64,000 nt of DNA from a virus (lineage: Duplodnaviria; Caudoviricetes), in the IMG/VR virus record IMGVR_UViG_3300048893_000079, positions 18,528 through 82,527 of that record; one strand, given 5' to 3'. The translations under genes and the position numbers were made by a program. The notes beneath the pieces were generated by a model. That model ran no database searches. It saw only the letters and a program-made list of their open reading frames with translations, and had not been told where the DNA came from. Positions 1 through 7,663 of this stretch are shown here, piece by piece (the stretch's first letter is position 1; each line of letters starts with the position of its first letter).

Positions 1-76
1 AGTCTCTCGCGTGGATCACGCTGTCCATCGCCGCTGTCGGTGCTCTCTGCTGGTACATCACCATCTGAGGATCGTC

Positions 77-544
77 ATGCGCACATTCGTCCGATTCGCG
101 ACGGGGAAGTCTATCGGCTCCGCCATCATCCGCGCCGCGACTTGGGACTGGTGCTCTCACGTTTCCTTCGCGCTCGATTTCGATCCGCAGTTCGGTGAAC
201 ACGTTCTACTCGATGCAACATCACACCACGGCGTCGCGCTGCGGCCGGTGAGCACGGACCGCTTTCGCAAGGCGCAGTATTACCAGTTCCTCGGCGATCA
301 GAAAGTCGTTGCGAAAGCTGTCGAGTGGACGCGCACGCAACTCGGTCGCCCGTACGACTGGTCCGGCATTCTTGGAATCGCGCTGCGCGAACGCAACTGG
401 CACGAAGACGATTCGTGGTTCTGCTCCGAGCTTGTGGCGGAGGCTTTCATCCAGGCCGGTGTGCCGCTGCTCGATGACGACGAGTGCTTCCGCATCACGC
501 CACGCGACGTGCGCATTTCACCCCTGTTGCGCAGGATCGGGTGA
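77..544 (+). CDS. Permuted papain-like NlpC/P60 amidase (YiiX/YaeF-like)
   Basis: His motif (WCSHV) precedes Cys motif (WFCSELV), plus LGRPYDW. ATG at 77 chosen inside ORF 11..544. Confidence 0.75.
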   Translation: MRTFVRFATGKSIGSAIIRAATWDWCSHVSFALDFDPQFGEHVLLDATSHHGVALRPVSTDRFRKAQYYQFLGDQKVVAKAVEWTRTQLGRPYDWSGILGIALRERNWHEDDSWFCSELVAEAFIQAGVPLLDDDECFRITPRDVRISPLLRRIG

Positions 545-598
545 CGTGCTAGTTTGAGTCTCCGCCGAGAGATCGGCATTCAGCACTAGGAGACCATC

Positions 599-859
599 AT
601 GACCCTTATCGTCAAATTCATGTCTGCCGAAAATTCGCTCAACGATGACGACAAAGTGAAATCTTTTCGGCTCGTCACGGGCGTCGCAGACATCTCATTC
701 CATCGCAACGACGGCGTTCCGGTCTACGACATGACCCGGCCGCCTCACGTTCCTTACGGCGACGCGATCACCGAGCACGGAGACGTGCAGGGCGATGTCT
801 ACGTGATGAACGAAGCCGGTAAGACCATCGCCTCGTTTAGCCCAACTATCGGGCGTTAA
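599..859 (+). CDS. Hypothetical protein
   Basis: AGGAG SD before ATG; typical codon usage. Confidence 0.7.
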   Translation: MTLIVKFMSAENSLNDDDKVKSFRLVTGVADISFHRNDGVPVYDMTRPPHVPYGDAITEHGDVQGDVYVMNEAGKTIASFSPTIGR

Positions 860-869
860 AATCACTGCT

Positions 870-904
870 TTGGAACGGCCCCATCCTGTGCTATAGGGTG
901 GGGC
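870..904 (+). promoter_or_regulatory. Candidate sigma70-type promoter with -10 inside an inverted repeat
   Basis: TTGGAA-N16-TATAGG (GCTATAGG). GCCCCATCCT (878-887) pairs with AGGGTGGGGC (895-904). Confidence 0.45.
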
Positions 905-1024
905 AACCGGCAGCGAAAGTCTCGGCCGAGAGGGTTAACGCCCGCGCGCTTTGGCTGAGACTGCAAACGGTTCAACGCCTGGGCCTTCCCATGGGACTGT
1001 AGTGGGAGTGGCCGAACCAACTTT
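901..1024 (+). ncRNA. Structured leader RNA with two mutually exclusive hairpins
   Basis: Rod 901-980 (GGGC/GCCT, AACCG/CGGTT, GCAG/CTGC, TCTCGGCC/GGCTGAGA). Competing hairpin 969-1018 (GGTTC/GAACC, GGCC/GGCC, TTCCCA/TGGGAG). Confidence 0.4.
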
Positions 1025-1036
1025 TGCGGAGACACC

Positions 1037-1603
1037 ATGAGCATCTTCCTCGACGAATCCGAAATCAAGCAAGTCGTATCGAGCGCGATCATAGAACACC
1101 ATCGCTCGGATGGTTCGGTCGTGCTGGCCGACCGCATCACGAAGGCCGTCACTGTTCTTCTCGAACTCAAAGCCGTTCAAGCCATCGCTGAAGGCGCGAA
1201 GGAAGAGGCGAAGGCCGAAGCCATCTATTCGCATCTGACGCGCGAGCAAGTCATTCGCGACAAGGCGTACGCCTATGCCGCCGGTCTGCCGGAAGCGAAG
1301 TGGGGTCCGCACTATCTGCACAAGAACGCGGAAGAGATCGCTACGAAGATCGAGAACGGCTTCACGCCTGCCCCGGTTACGCCGGACGTGCCGGACTTCC
1401 AGAAGTTCATCGACGACATCTTCGGCCGCAACGAGTGGCGTCGCGAGGGTTGGAACGATGCGCGCTCGCGCATGATCCGCTCGATCAATGAGCAATTGGC
1501 TTCGCCTTCGAAGTCGCACGTTCTGAACAAGGCCAACGTGGTGCAGTTGAAGATCATCCGCGACTTCATCGGCAGCTTCAAGTTCGACCCGACGAAGCCG
1601 TGA
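1037..1603 (+). CDS. Hypothetical protein
   Basis: GGAG SD; strong codon bias. Confidence 0.75.
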   Translation: MSIFLDESEIKQVVSSAIIEHHRSDGSVVLADRITKAVTVLLELKAVQAIAEGAKEEAKAEAIYSHLTREQVIRDKAYAYAAGLPEAKWGPHYLHKNAEEIATKIENGFTPAPVTPDVPDFQKFIDDIFGRNEWRREGWNDARSRMIRSINEQLASPSKSHVLNKANVVQLKIIRDFIGSFKFDPTKP

Positions 1604-1830
1604 CACTCGATCTTCTCGTTGCCGGTGTTTTGATTATCGCGACGGCGACGCCGCTCGGTTTCATTGCGGCGTACGTCCACGCGAGGATCATCAACCGGAA
1701 TACGCCGCGTCCGAAGTTCGCGCCGCCGAAGTACAGCTTGGTGTCCTGCGATTGCGGCGCCACGACGGAATGCCCGCAAGGCCGAGCGCCGGAACAACCA
1801 CGTTGCAAAATCTGGAAGCAGGAGAAGTGA
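1600..1830 (+). CDS. Hypothetical protein, N-terminal TM helix and CxC/Cys motifs
   Basis: GTGA overlap with the upstream stop codon. Confidence 0.6.
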   Translation: MTLDLLVAGVLIIATATPLGFIAAYVHARIINRNTPRPKFAPPKYSLVSCDCGATTECPQGRAPEQPRCKIWKQEK

Positions 1831-1831
1831 T

Positions 1832-2374
1832 ATGCTGAAAGTGATCTATGCGCAGACGCCAGCCGCACCGTTCGTGCCATATCCGCCGTACTTGAACGTG
1901 TCCGGCATCGTCGGCGATCCGACGAACGACGGCGTTCGCATCATCGTGCGTGATGACGCGTACGTCCAGCACACGGAGAACGGCGCGCACTACGTCGCCG
2001 GTCACACATCGACGGTCATCATCACGCGCGAGCAGGCGCTCGATCTCGCCGATTCCATCCGCGAGCATTACGGCGAGGAGGACGCGGTGATCTCGACCTC
2101 GCGCATTGCGAACGGTCTCACGCTCGATCAAGCCGAGGTCGGCGGCGTCAATGAAGTTCCGATGCCGACCGGCGTGGTGGAAGCCGCGCAGCCGGATGGC
2201 ACTAACGCGCCAGCGCAAGTGCAGGCTCCGCTCGGCAACATCAATTACGAAGACCATTGCGGCGCCGGAGATCACGGCTTCGATGTCGTGGCCGAGCAGC
2301 CGCCGCATCTTCGCGACAGCGAGTTCGTTCCGGCCGGTGGTCGCGATCCGGGGGACGAGTCCGTCAAAGCGTAA
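1832..2374 (+). CDS. Hypothetical protein
   Basis: AGGAG SD, ATG 1832 in ORF 1664..2374. Confidence 0.7.
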   Translation: MLKVIYAQTPAAPFVPYPPYLNVSGIVGDPTNDGVRIIVRDDAYVQHTENGAHYVAGHTSTVIITREQALDLADSIREHYGEEDAVISTSRIANGLTLDQAEVGGVNEVPMPTGVVEAAQPDGTNAPAQVQAPLGNINYEDHCGAGDHGFDVVAEQPPHLRDSEFVPAGGRDPGDESVKA

Positions 2375-2676
2375 TGGTGGATGACCCGAAACCCATCGAC
2401 AAAACAAAACCGCCGCCGCTGCATGTTCGAGTAGGTGAGACCCCAGGCTCGACTGAGATGAAGGTCATGCAGAAGGGCGTCGAGGTTCGCGACTTGATCG
2501 AAGTCGATGTGCTCGGCTGTTGGGCTCGTCGCTGGCAGCGCAACGAATACGGCGGCTACATCCTCGACGACGATGGTGTCGCCTGCGTCGAAGTCATTTA
2601 CGGATTTTTCACGGTTGAGTGGAAGGCCGAAGAAGAGTACGTTAGCTACGGATACGGAATGGGACCGTTCTTCTGA
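2374..2676 (+). CDS. Hypothetical protein
   Basis: TAATG coupling at 2372-2376. Confidence 0.65.
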   Translation: MVDDPKPIDKTKPPPLHVRVGETPGSTEMKVMQKGVEVRDLIEVDVLGCWARRWQRNEYGGYILDDDGVACVEVIYGFFTVEWKAEEEYVSYGYGMGPFF

Positions 2677-2888
2677 TGACCATCGCTAAGGCGCACGCAA
2701 AACTTGTGAAAGCCGAATCGCTCGTTCGCGAGGCGCGCGATATTCTCGCGCTTCATCTTCTGAAGGTGGACGAGATCGCGCTCGGCACCATCGCAAACGA
2801 ACTGAAGCACATGCAGCTTGTCGCCGACAATCTGCGCAAGCGGGAGAGACACGATGCTAATCGTGGACAGCAATCCGCCGAACTTTAA
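2676..2888 (+). CDS. Hypothetical coiled-coil protein
   Basis: TGATG coupling. Confidence 0.65.
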   Translation: MTIAKAHAKLVKAESLVREARDILALHLLKVDEIALGTIANELKHMQLVADNLRKRERHDANRGQQSAEL

Positions 2889-3264
2889 CGCGATCAAAGC
2901 AGTCTTCCCGAACGCGGCTGATCCCGGTGTTCTGTTCTGCTACGATGGCACGATCTACAATCCGAGCGGCGGCTACATCCCGCCACAACTGATCGCGCAC
3001 GAGGAAGTCCACGAGCGTCAGCAGGCGGTGATCGGCCCGGTGAAGTGGTGGGACTATTACATTGCGAATCCAGCGTGGCGCTTCAACGAAGAACTCGAAG
3101 CGCATATCGTCGAGTATCACGACTTCATCAAGCGTCAGAAGAGCCGCCAGATGCGCCGAGATTATCTCGATGCCATTGCGCGTCGCTTGTCCGGCCCGTT
3201 GTACGGGAGCACGAGCACTTTCGGTGAGGCTAGACTTTTGATAGAGCGTGGCCGAAAGGCTTGA
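2854..3264 (+). CDS. Putative zinc metallopeptidase-like protein
   Basis: AHEEVHERQQ (HExxH) followed by FNEELEAH; GGGAG SD. Confidence 0.6.
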   Translation: MLIVDSNPPNFNAIKAVFPNAADPGVLFCYDGTIYNPSGGYIPPQLIAHEEVHERQQAVIGPVKWWDYYIANPAWRFNEELEAHIVEYHDFIKRQKSRQMRRDYLDAIARRLSGPLYGSTSTFGEARLLIERGRKA

Positions 3265-3517
3265 CCGGCACACCGGCTGTGAAGTTCAGCCGTGACGTGA
3301 CCCCATTCGGAGATTTCTCTCCCGGCTCCAACGTGCGAAGGAACGCGACGAGCACGATGTTGTGGCCGATGGTTTTGATCGCGATGCTGTCGCCGACTTC
3401 CGGCCACTTATCGCTCTTTTCGATTGGCATAGACCCTTCGAACGTACCGCTGTTGCGATACGCTTTCTGAAAATTCATCACGCATTCGAGCGTGGCGACG
3501 AGGTTGTGCCGTTTCAT
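3230..3517 (-). CDS. Hypothetical protein, lone minus-strand gene divergent from the tRNA operon
   Basis: Codon usage (ATC/GTC/CTC/AAC) fits the genome better than the + strand ORF 3261..3470. Confidence 0.5.
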   Translation of the reverse strand: MKRHNLVATLECVMNFQKAYRNSGTFEGSMPIEKSDKWPEVGDSIAIKTIGHNIVLVAFLRTLEPGEKSPNGVTSRLNFTAGVPVKPFGHALSKV

Positions 3518-3540
3518 GTCCAAAGTCTAACACGGTCGGG

Positions 3541-3569
3541 TTGACGACCAAAGCCGTCTCCCCCATGAT
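3541..3569 (+). promoter_or_regulatory. Promoter of the ncRNA-tRNA operon
   Basis: TTGACG-N17-CATGAT; predicted start G3576 coincides with the first base of a 12-bp closing stem. Confidence 0.6.
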
Positions 3570-3575
3570 GACGGC

Positions 3576-3654
3576 GGTGGTTCCCTGTAGGCGTTACCCC
3601 GACCCTCCTCCGCTGACGCCAGCGCCCGAAATGGCTCAAAGCGGGGAACCGCCA
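3576..3654 (+). ncRNA. Three-way-junction small RNA with a C-rich anti-SD loop, ending ...GCCA
   Basis: GGTGGTTCCCTG/CGGGGAACCGCC closing stem; GGCGTTA/TGACGCC hairpin with loop CCCCGACCCTCCTCCGC; small GCC/GGC hairpin. Confidence 0.55.
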
Positions 3655-3658
3655 CTAT

Positions 3659-3739
3659 TGCGGAGTAGAGCAGCGGGAAGCGTAGCTCGTCGGTTTCATA
3701 CGCCGAAGGTCGGTGGTTCGAGTCCATCCTCCGCAACCA
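3659..3739 (+). tRNA. tRNA-Met(CAT), initiator-like scaffold
   Basis: Full cloverleaf: TGCGGAG/CTCCGCA, GAGC/GCTC, TCGGT-TTCATAC-GCCGA, GGTGG-TTCGAGT-CCATC, encoded CCA. Confidence 0.92.
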
Positions 3740-3743
3740 TTTT

Positions 3744-3819
3744 TGGAGCGTAGCTCAGTTGGTAGAGCGCCGGATTGTTAATCCGATGGTCGGTGGTTCG
3801 AACCCATCCGCTTCAGCCA
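3744..3819 (+). tRNA. tRNA-Asn(GTT)
   Basis: 76-nt cloverleaf: TGGAGCG/CGCTTCA, anticodon loop TTGTTAA, G73, encoded CCA. Confidence 0.95.
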
Positions 3820-3897
3820 TTTTCTCCGACTTTGGAAAATCGAAACCACATGCTATCTTCAAGGGGATCGAAAGCCCCCTGCCAGGAGAGTCACCCC

Positions 3898-4254
3898 ATG
3901 TCCCTTTTCGTCGCCGCTCTGATCGTCGTCGCCGTTGTCGTCGCCGGTCTCTACTTTTTCGTCCCCGCATTTCACACCGCTCTGCTCAACGCGTTCAATG
4001 TCGCGCGTGACAGCCTGAGCAAGATCGTCACCGATGCCGAAGCCGTTGTCGCGCGCCTCGAAGCGCACGCGAAGGCACAGAACGTCGCTGCCGCAACACA
4101 CACCGCTGCTGCCACCACGCACACCGCTCTCGCGTCGCAAGCAGCCGCTAATGCAACGACCGCCGTTTCCGCCGCCGCTTCGCTGAAGAGCGCAGTCGCG
4201 TCGATTCCGGCAGTTGCTCCGGCCGTCGCTCCGGCGCCGACCGTCAAGTCGTAA
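3898..4254 (+). CDS. Ala-rich membrane-anchored hypothetical protein
   Basis: AGGAG SD; N-terminal hydrophobic helix. Confidence 0.7.
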   Translation: MSLFVAALIVVAVVVAGLYFFVPAFHTALLNAFNVARDSLSKIVTDAEAVVARLEAHAKAQNVAAATHTAAATTHTALASQAAANATTAVSAAASLKSAVASIPAVAPAVAPAPTVKS

Positions 4255-4351
4255 GTCGTTACACCGGTCCCGACCGTCGCTCGTTTGTAACAAGGGAAGC
4301 GAGCATCGCGAAGGACCGGTCCCCATACCGGTCCAGGCCGAGGCAAACCCG

Positions 4352-4501
4352 ATGACGAAGAACATCAAGATCAGTCACGTCGTCATCGGGTTCTTCGTCG
4401 GCGTTATCGTCGGAATGTTTTTCGCTGGTCATCTGTGGATCGCCTACGCGTCTAAAAACGCGGAGTGGATCGTGCAGCACCAGACGGAGGAAGATCAATG
4501 A
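4352..4501 (+). CDS. Small membrane protein
   Basis: ATG 4352; one TM helix; coupled to the next gene. Confidence 0.55.
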   Translation: MTKNIKISHVVIGFFVGVIVGMFFAGHLWIAYASKNAEWIVQHQTEEDQ

Positions 4502-4755
4502 GCAGTCTCTCGAAAGAAATCGCGAAGTGGATTCAGACGAACCCCGGCCCGATCACGGGCGACAGCGAGGATAGCGTTTGGCTTCAAGCGAAACTGATCT
4601 TCACCCGCGACCGCCGTTGGCGTGGCGAAATCGACATGGCCACGTTCATGACCTACATCCACAATTGCGGATACAAGGTCGAAGGCCGCACGAACCACGG
4701 CGACAAGAGCAACTACGCGCATCTGGCTCTGCCTGAGCGCCACAAGGGCTTTTGA
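4498..4755 (+). CDS. Hypothetical protein
   Basis: GGAGG SD; ATGA overlap. Confidence 0.65.
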   Translation: MSSLSKEIAKWIQTNPGPITGDSEDSVWLQAKLIFTRDRRWRGEIDMATFMTYIHNCGYKVEGRTNHGDKSNYAHLALPERHKGF

Positions 4756-5165
4756 TCGTGGCTCACATCTCGAAGATTCCAGATCACAACAAGAACGACC
4801 CGTTGCATGTCAAAGCCGACCACGCTCCCGCGAAGGAGCGGCCGGTAACGGCGAACTCCGCTTTCGCGGCGCAGCACAAGAAAGACCCGCGTCTCGACAT
4901 CCAGATTTTCAAGCGCCAGAACGGATCGTACTGGGCGCGCTTGGCCCTCTACTCGCACATGAAGCCGAACAATCTGCTTGAGGCGCCCGTCGAGTTCACC
5001 GGCAAGAGCCTGGACGAGATCGACTTCGAGATTGGCGTCGCCTTTGGCGCGATGGCCGAGCGTCTGCACGTCCTGCACAACGATAATTTCGATGCGGAAG
5101 TCTGCGCGCGAGACGGCTCCCGCAAATTCAAGGAAGTCATTCGCGAGATGGAGCGCAAGAAATGA
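4752..5165 (+). CDS. Hypothetical protein
   Basis: Coupled ORF with typical codon bias; start uncertain. Confidence 0.6.
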   Translation: MIVAHISKIPDHNKNDPLHVKADHAPAKERPVTANSAFAAQHKKDPRLDIQIFKRQNGSYWARLALYSHMKPNNLLEAPVEFTGKSLDEIDFEIGVAFGAMAERLHVLHNDNFDAEVCARDGSRKFKEVIREMERKK

Positions 5166-5464
5166 TACAGATCGGGATCGCCCTCGAAGGGCAAGCCGCT
5201 GGAAACGTCGCTACGCTGTCGGCCGGATGGGGTCTCGCGACGTACGCGAACCGCCCGTGGTACATGAACCTCTTCGGACTCGTGCGGCAGGGCAACGTCG
5301 GCATCCGCCGGTACGGAGTTGTGGCGTTCGGCTTCTTTCTCACGCTGCAATTCGTGAATATGCAGATCGCGCGTGCGGCGATGGCTCAAAATACCGCAAA
5401 TTCGTCCGCATACGGAAAAAATTTGCGCGCGGGCTCGTCTCTCACGCCTGCAAAGGTCCGATGA
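5162..5464 (+). CDS. Hypothetical membrane protein
   Basis: ATGA overlap; hydrophobic segment. Confidence 0.5.
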   Translation: MIQIGIALEGQAAGNVATLSAGWGLATYANRPWYMNLFGLVRQGNVGIRRYGVVAFGFFLTLQFVNMQIARAAMAQNTANSSAYGKNLRAGSSLTPAKVR

Positions 5465-7042
5465 ATGCGCGAAGAGCGCCAATACGAAGACTGGGAAGTC
5501 CTTGATCGTCGGCTAGTCGGCCGATGGGGTGAAGGGATCGCAGTTTGGTGGTTGGTGCTCGAAGAACAGAGCCCTCGCGGCATCTGGAGACCGTTCATCA
5601 CCGAACTCGACGGTCAAACGATCAAGCAATGGCCCGATTGGATGCCGTTGCCGGGTTCGCAGTACCAATTTCTCACTTCGCCGGTCTTCGAGACGATGTA
5701 CGCGGGTCCGCGCGGCACCGGCAAGTCTGAAATGCTCTTGATGGACTTCGCGAAGGATGTCGGCAAGGGCTTCGGCTCGAATTGGCGCGGAATTCTCTTC
5801 CGGCAGCAACTCGGCGACCTTGACGAGATGGTTCGCAAGACCGAGACGCTTTTCAAACCGATTTTTCCCGGATTTCACTTCAAACTTTCGAAAGCGGACT
5901 ACGCGGCGTGCTGGCCGAGCGGTGAGCAGCTTCTTTTCCGTCACATGCTCGACGAAACCGAGTACAAGGAATATCACGGCCATCAATATCCGTGGATCGG
6001 TTGGGAAGAGCTTACGCAGTGGGGCGATCTCAAAGCGTACAAGCTCATGTTCTCGTGTTGCCGTCCAACTGGTCCCGGCGTGCCTGTTCGCATCCGCGTG
6101 AACACAAATCCGTCCGGCCCAGGCCACAACGTCGTGAAAAAGCGTTTTCAGTTGCCCGGAATGTTCGGCAAGATCATTCGCGAGCCCGGCGAAGCTCCAC
6201 GCGTCGCGATTCAGTCGTCACTCAAGGAAAATTTCGTCCTGCTGCACGAAATGCCGAACTATGCGCAAGTCGTGCGCTCCGCCGCGCTCTCGAAGGCGCA
6301 AGCCGACGCGTGGGCGACAGGAAACTGGGATGTCACCGAAGGCGGCATGATCGACGACCTCTGGCGCGCGAATGTTCACGTCATTCCGAATTTGGTGTCA
6401 AAACAGATTCCCGCGAGTTGGAAATTCAGTCGTTCGTACGACCATGGTCAAGCAAAACCGTTTTCGGTGTTGTGGTGGGCCGAAAGCAACGGCGAGCCGA
6501 TCAGATTGCCCGATGGACGCTGGATCGGACAAATTCGCGGCGATTTGCTTCTCTTCATGGAATGGTACGGCACAAACGGTCAAGAAGACACCGGATTGCG
6601 TATGTCCACCGCGAAAATCGCGCAAGGCGTCAAAGATCGCGAACGCGACAACGGAATTTCGGCGCGCGTGCTCGGCGGACCCGCCGACACCGAACTTTGG
6701 TCAAAATCGAACCAAGGAACCGGCCGCGCGCCAATTGACGACTTTCAGGACAAGCAAGTGTTCTGGGATCAAGCCGACAAGTCGCACGGGTCGAGAAAAC
6801 GTGGATGGACGCTTTTGCGCGAGCGCGTCGCGGGCTCGATCCCGAATTTCGACGGCACGCGTGAAAAACCCGGAATTTTTGTCTGCGTTCGCAACAAGCA
6901 CTGGCTTGAACTCGTTCCGACGATGCCGCGCGCTCTCGATGACCCGGATGACATTCCGAAGACGTACGAGGACCATCCGGCGGACTCGACGCGGTATAGA
7001 CTGACTTGGGAGTTCATGGGAATGGCACGGAGGGATTTTTGA
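5465..7042 (+). CDS. terL: Terminase large subunit
   Basis: Walker A YAGPRGTGKS, Walker B WIGWEELTQ, motif NTNPSGPGH, RNase H-like nuclease SYDHG...EDHPADSTRY. Confidence 0.93.
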   Translation: MREERQYEDWEVLDRRLVGRWGEGIAVWWLVLEEQSPRGIWRPFITELDGQTIKQWPDWMPLPGSQYQFLTSPVFETMYAGPRGTGKSEMLLMDFAKDVGKGFGSNWRGILFRQQLGDLDEMVRKTETLFKPIFPGFHFKLSKADYAACWPSGEQLLFRHMLDETEYKEYHGHQYPWIGWEELTQWGDLKAYKLMFSCCRPTGPGVPVRIRVNTNPSGPGHNVVKKRFQLPGMFGKIIREPGEAPRVAIQSSLKENFVLLHEMPNYAQVVRSAALSKAQADAWATGNWDVTEGGMIDDLWRANVHVIPNLVSKQIPASWKFSRSYDHGQAKPFSVLWWAESNGEPIRLPDGRWIGQIRGDLLLFMEWYGTNGQEDTGLRMSTAKIAQGVKDRERDNGISARVLGGPADTELWSKSNQGTGRAPIDDFQDKQVFWDQADKSHGSRKRGWTLLRERVAGSIPNFDGTREKPGIFVCVRNKHWLELVPTMPRALDDPDDIPKTYEDHPADSTRYRLTWEFMGMARRDF

Positions 7043-7602
7043 TGGAACGTGAGTTCAGTTACTTCGGCGAGTTCATGAAGGACCATTTTCGCGACTCCGT
7101 GACGCGAGACACGTTCGACATGCTCTGTGGCAAGCCACTAGGCTTCGGGATCGGCCGAATCGTGTTCGAGCACGCGACGGACAAGTCGCTCGTGCTCAAG
7201 TTCGAAGAAAGTGCGGGCTCGTTCCAGAATATCCATGAATGGGATTTGTGGAAGCAGCATGCGCACGCTGGAACATCGACAGCCGGTTGGTTGGCGCCGT
7301 GCGTTTCGATCTCGCCAAATGGCATTGTGCTGATCCAGAAACGGACGAAGAAGGTGCCGTGGGATTTCAAGTTGCCGAAGATGATACCGAATGTTCTCGA
7401 CAGCGACTTGAAACGCGACAATTGGGGTCTCTACAAGGGCAAGCTCGTCTGTCACGACTACGGTCGGCACAACGCGATTCACGCGGCTTCGAAGGCTCGC
7501 GGAAGCGGCAATATGGTCAAAGCCCGCTGGATCGACGCCAGCGCGCGGGGGTACTTCATCCCGGTCTACGGCAATTCGGGCGCGACCGGCAAGGTGATCT
7601 AG
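7042..7602 (+). CDS. Minimal Ser/Thr protein-kinase-like protein
   Basis: Ordered motifs LGFGIGRIVF, LVLK, QNIHEW, DLKRDNWG, CHDYG. Confidence 0.75.
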   Translation: MEREFSYFGEFMKDHFRDSVTRDTFDMLCGKPLGFGIGRIVFEHATDKSLVLKFEESAGSFQNIHEWDLWKQHAHAGTSTAGWLAPCVSISPNGIVLIQKRTKKVPWDFKLPKMIPNVLDSDLKRDNWGLYKGKLVCHDYGRHNAIHAASKARGSGNMVKARWIDASARGYFIPVYGNSGATGKVI

Positions 7603-7609
7603 CCTCTGA

Positions 7610-7643
7610 TTGACAGAATTCGGCCATCGACCTACCCTGGCCG
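7610..7643 (+). promoter_or_regulatory. Promoter upstream of portal
   Basis: TTGACA-N17-TACCCT; -10 region flanked by CGGCCA/TGGCCG. Confidence 0.5.
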
Positions 7644-7663
7644 CTCTCCCCAAGGGGTCGGAA

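Noticed and set aside
909-965. Possible hammerhead ribozyme or c-di-GMP-I riboswitch (GAAA, CTGAGA, GGCAA)
   Set aside because: No CUGANGA core or stem III; the GGGACGCAAAGCC junction is missing.
3261-3470. + strand ORF with a TTG start
   Set aside because: No SD, and poorer codon usage than the opposite-strand ORF 3230..3517.
3579-3654. Third canonical tRNA (76 nt, acceptor-like stem, GCT at 34-36)
   Set aside because: No D-arm, anticodon stem or T-loop; kept as an ncRNA instead.
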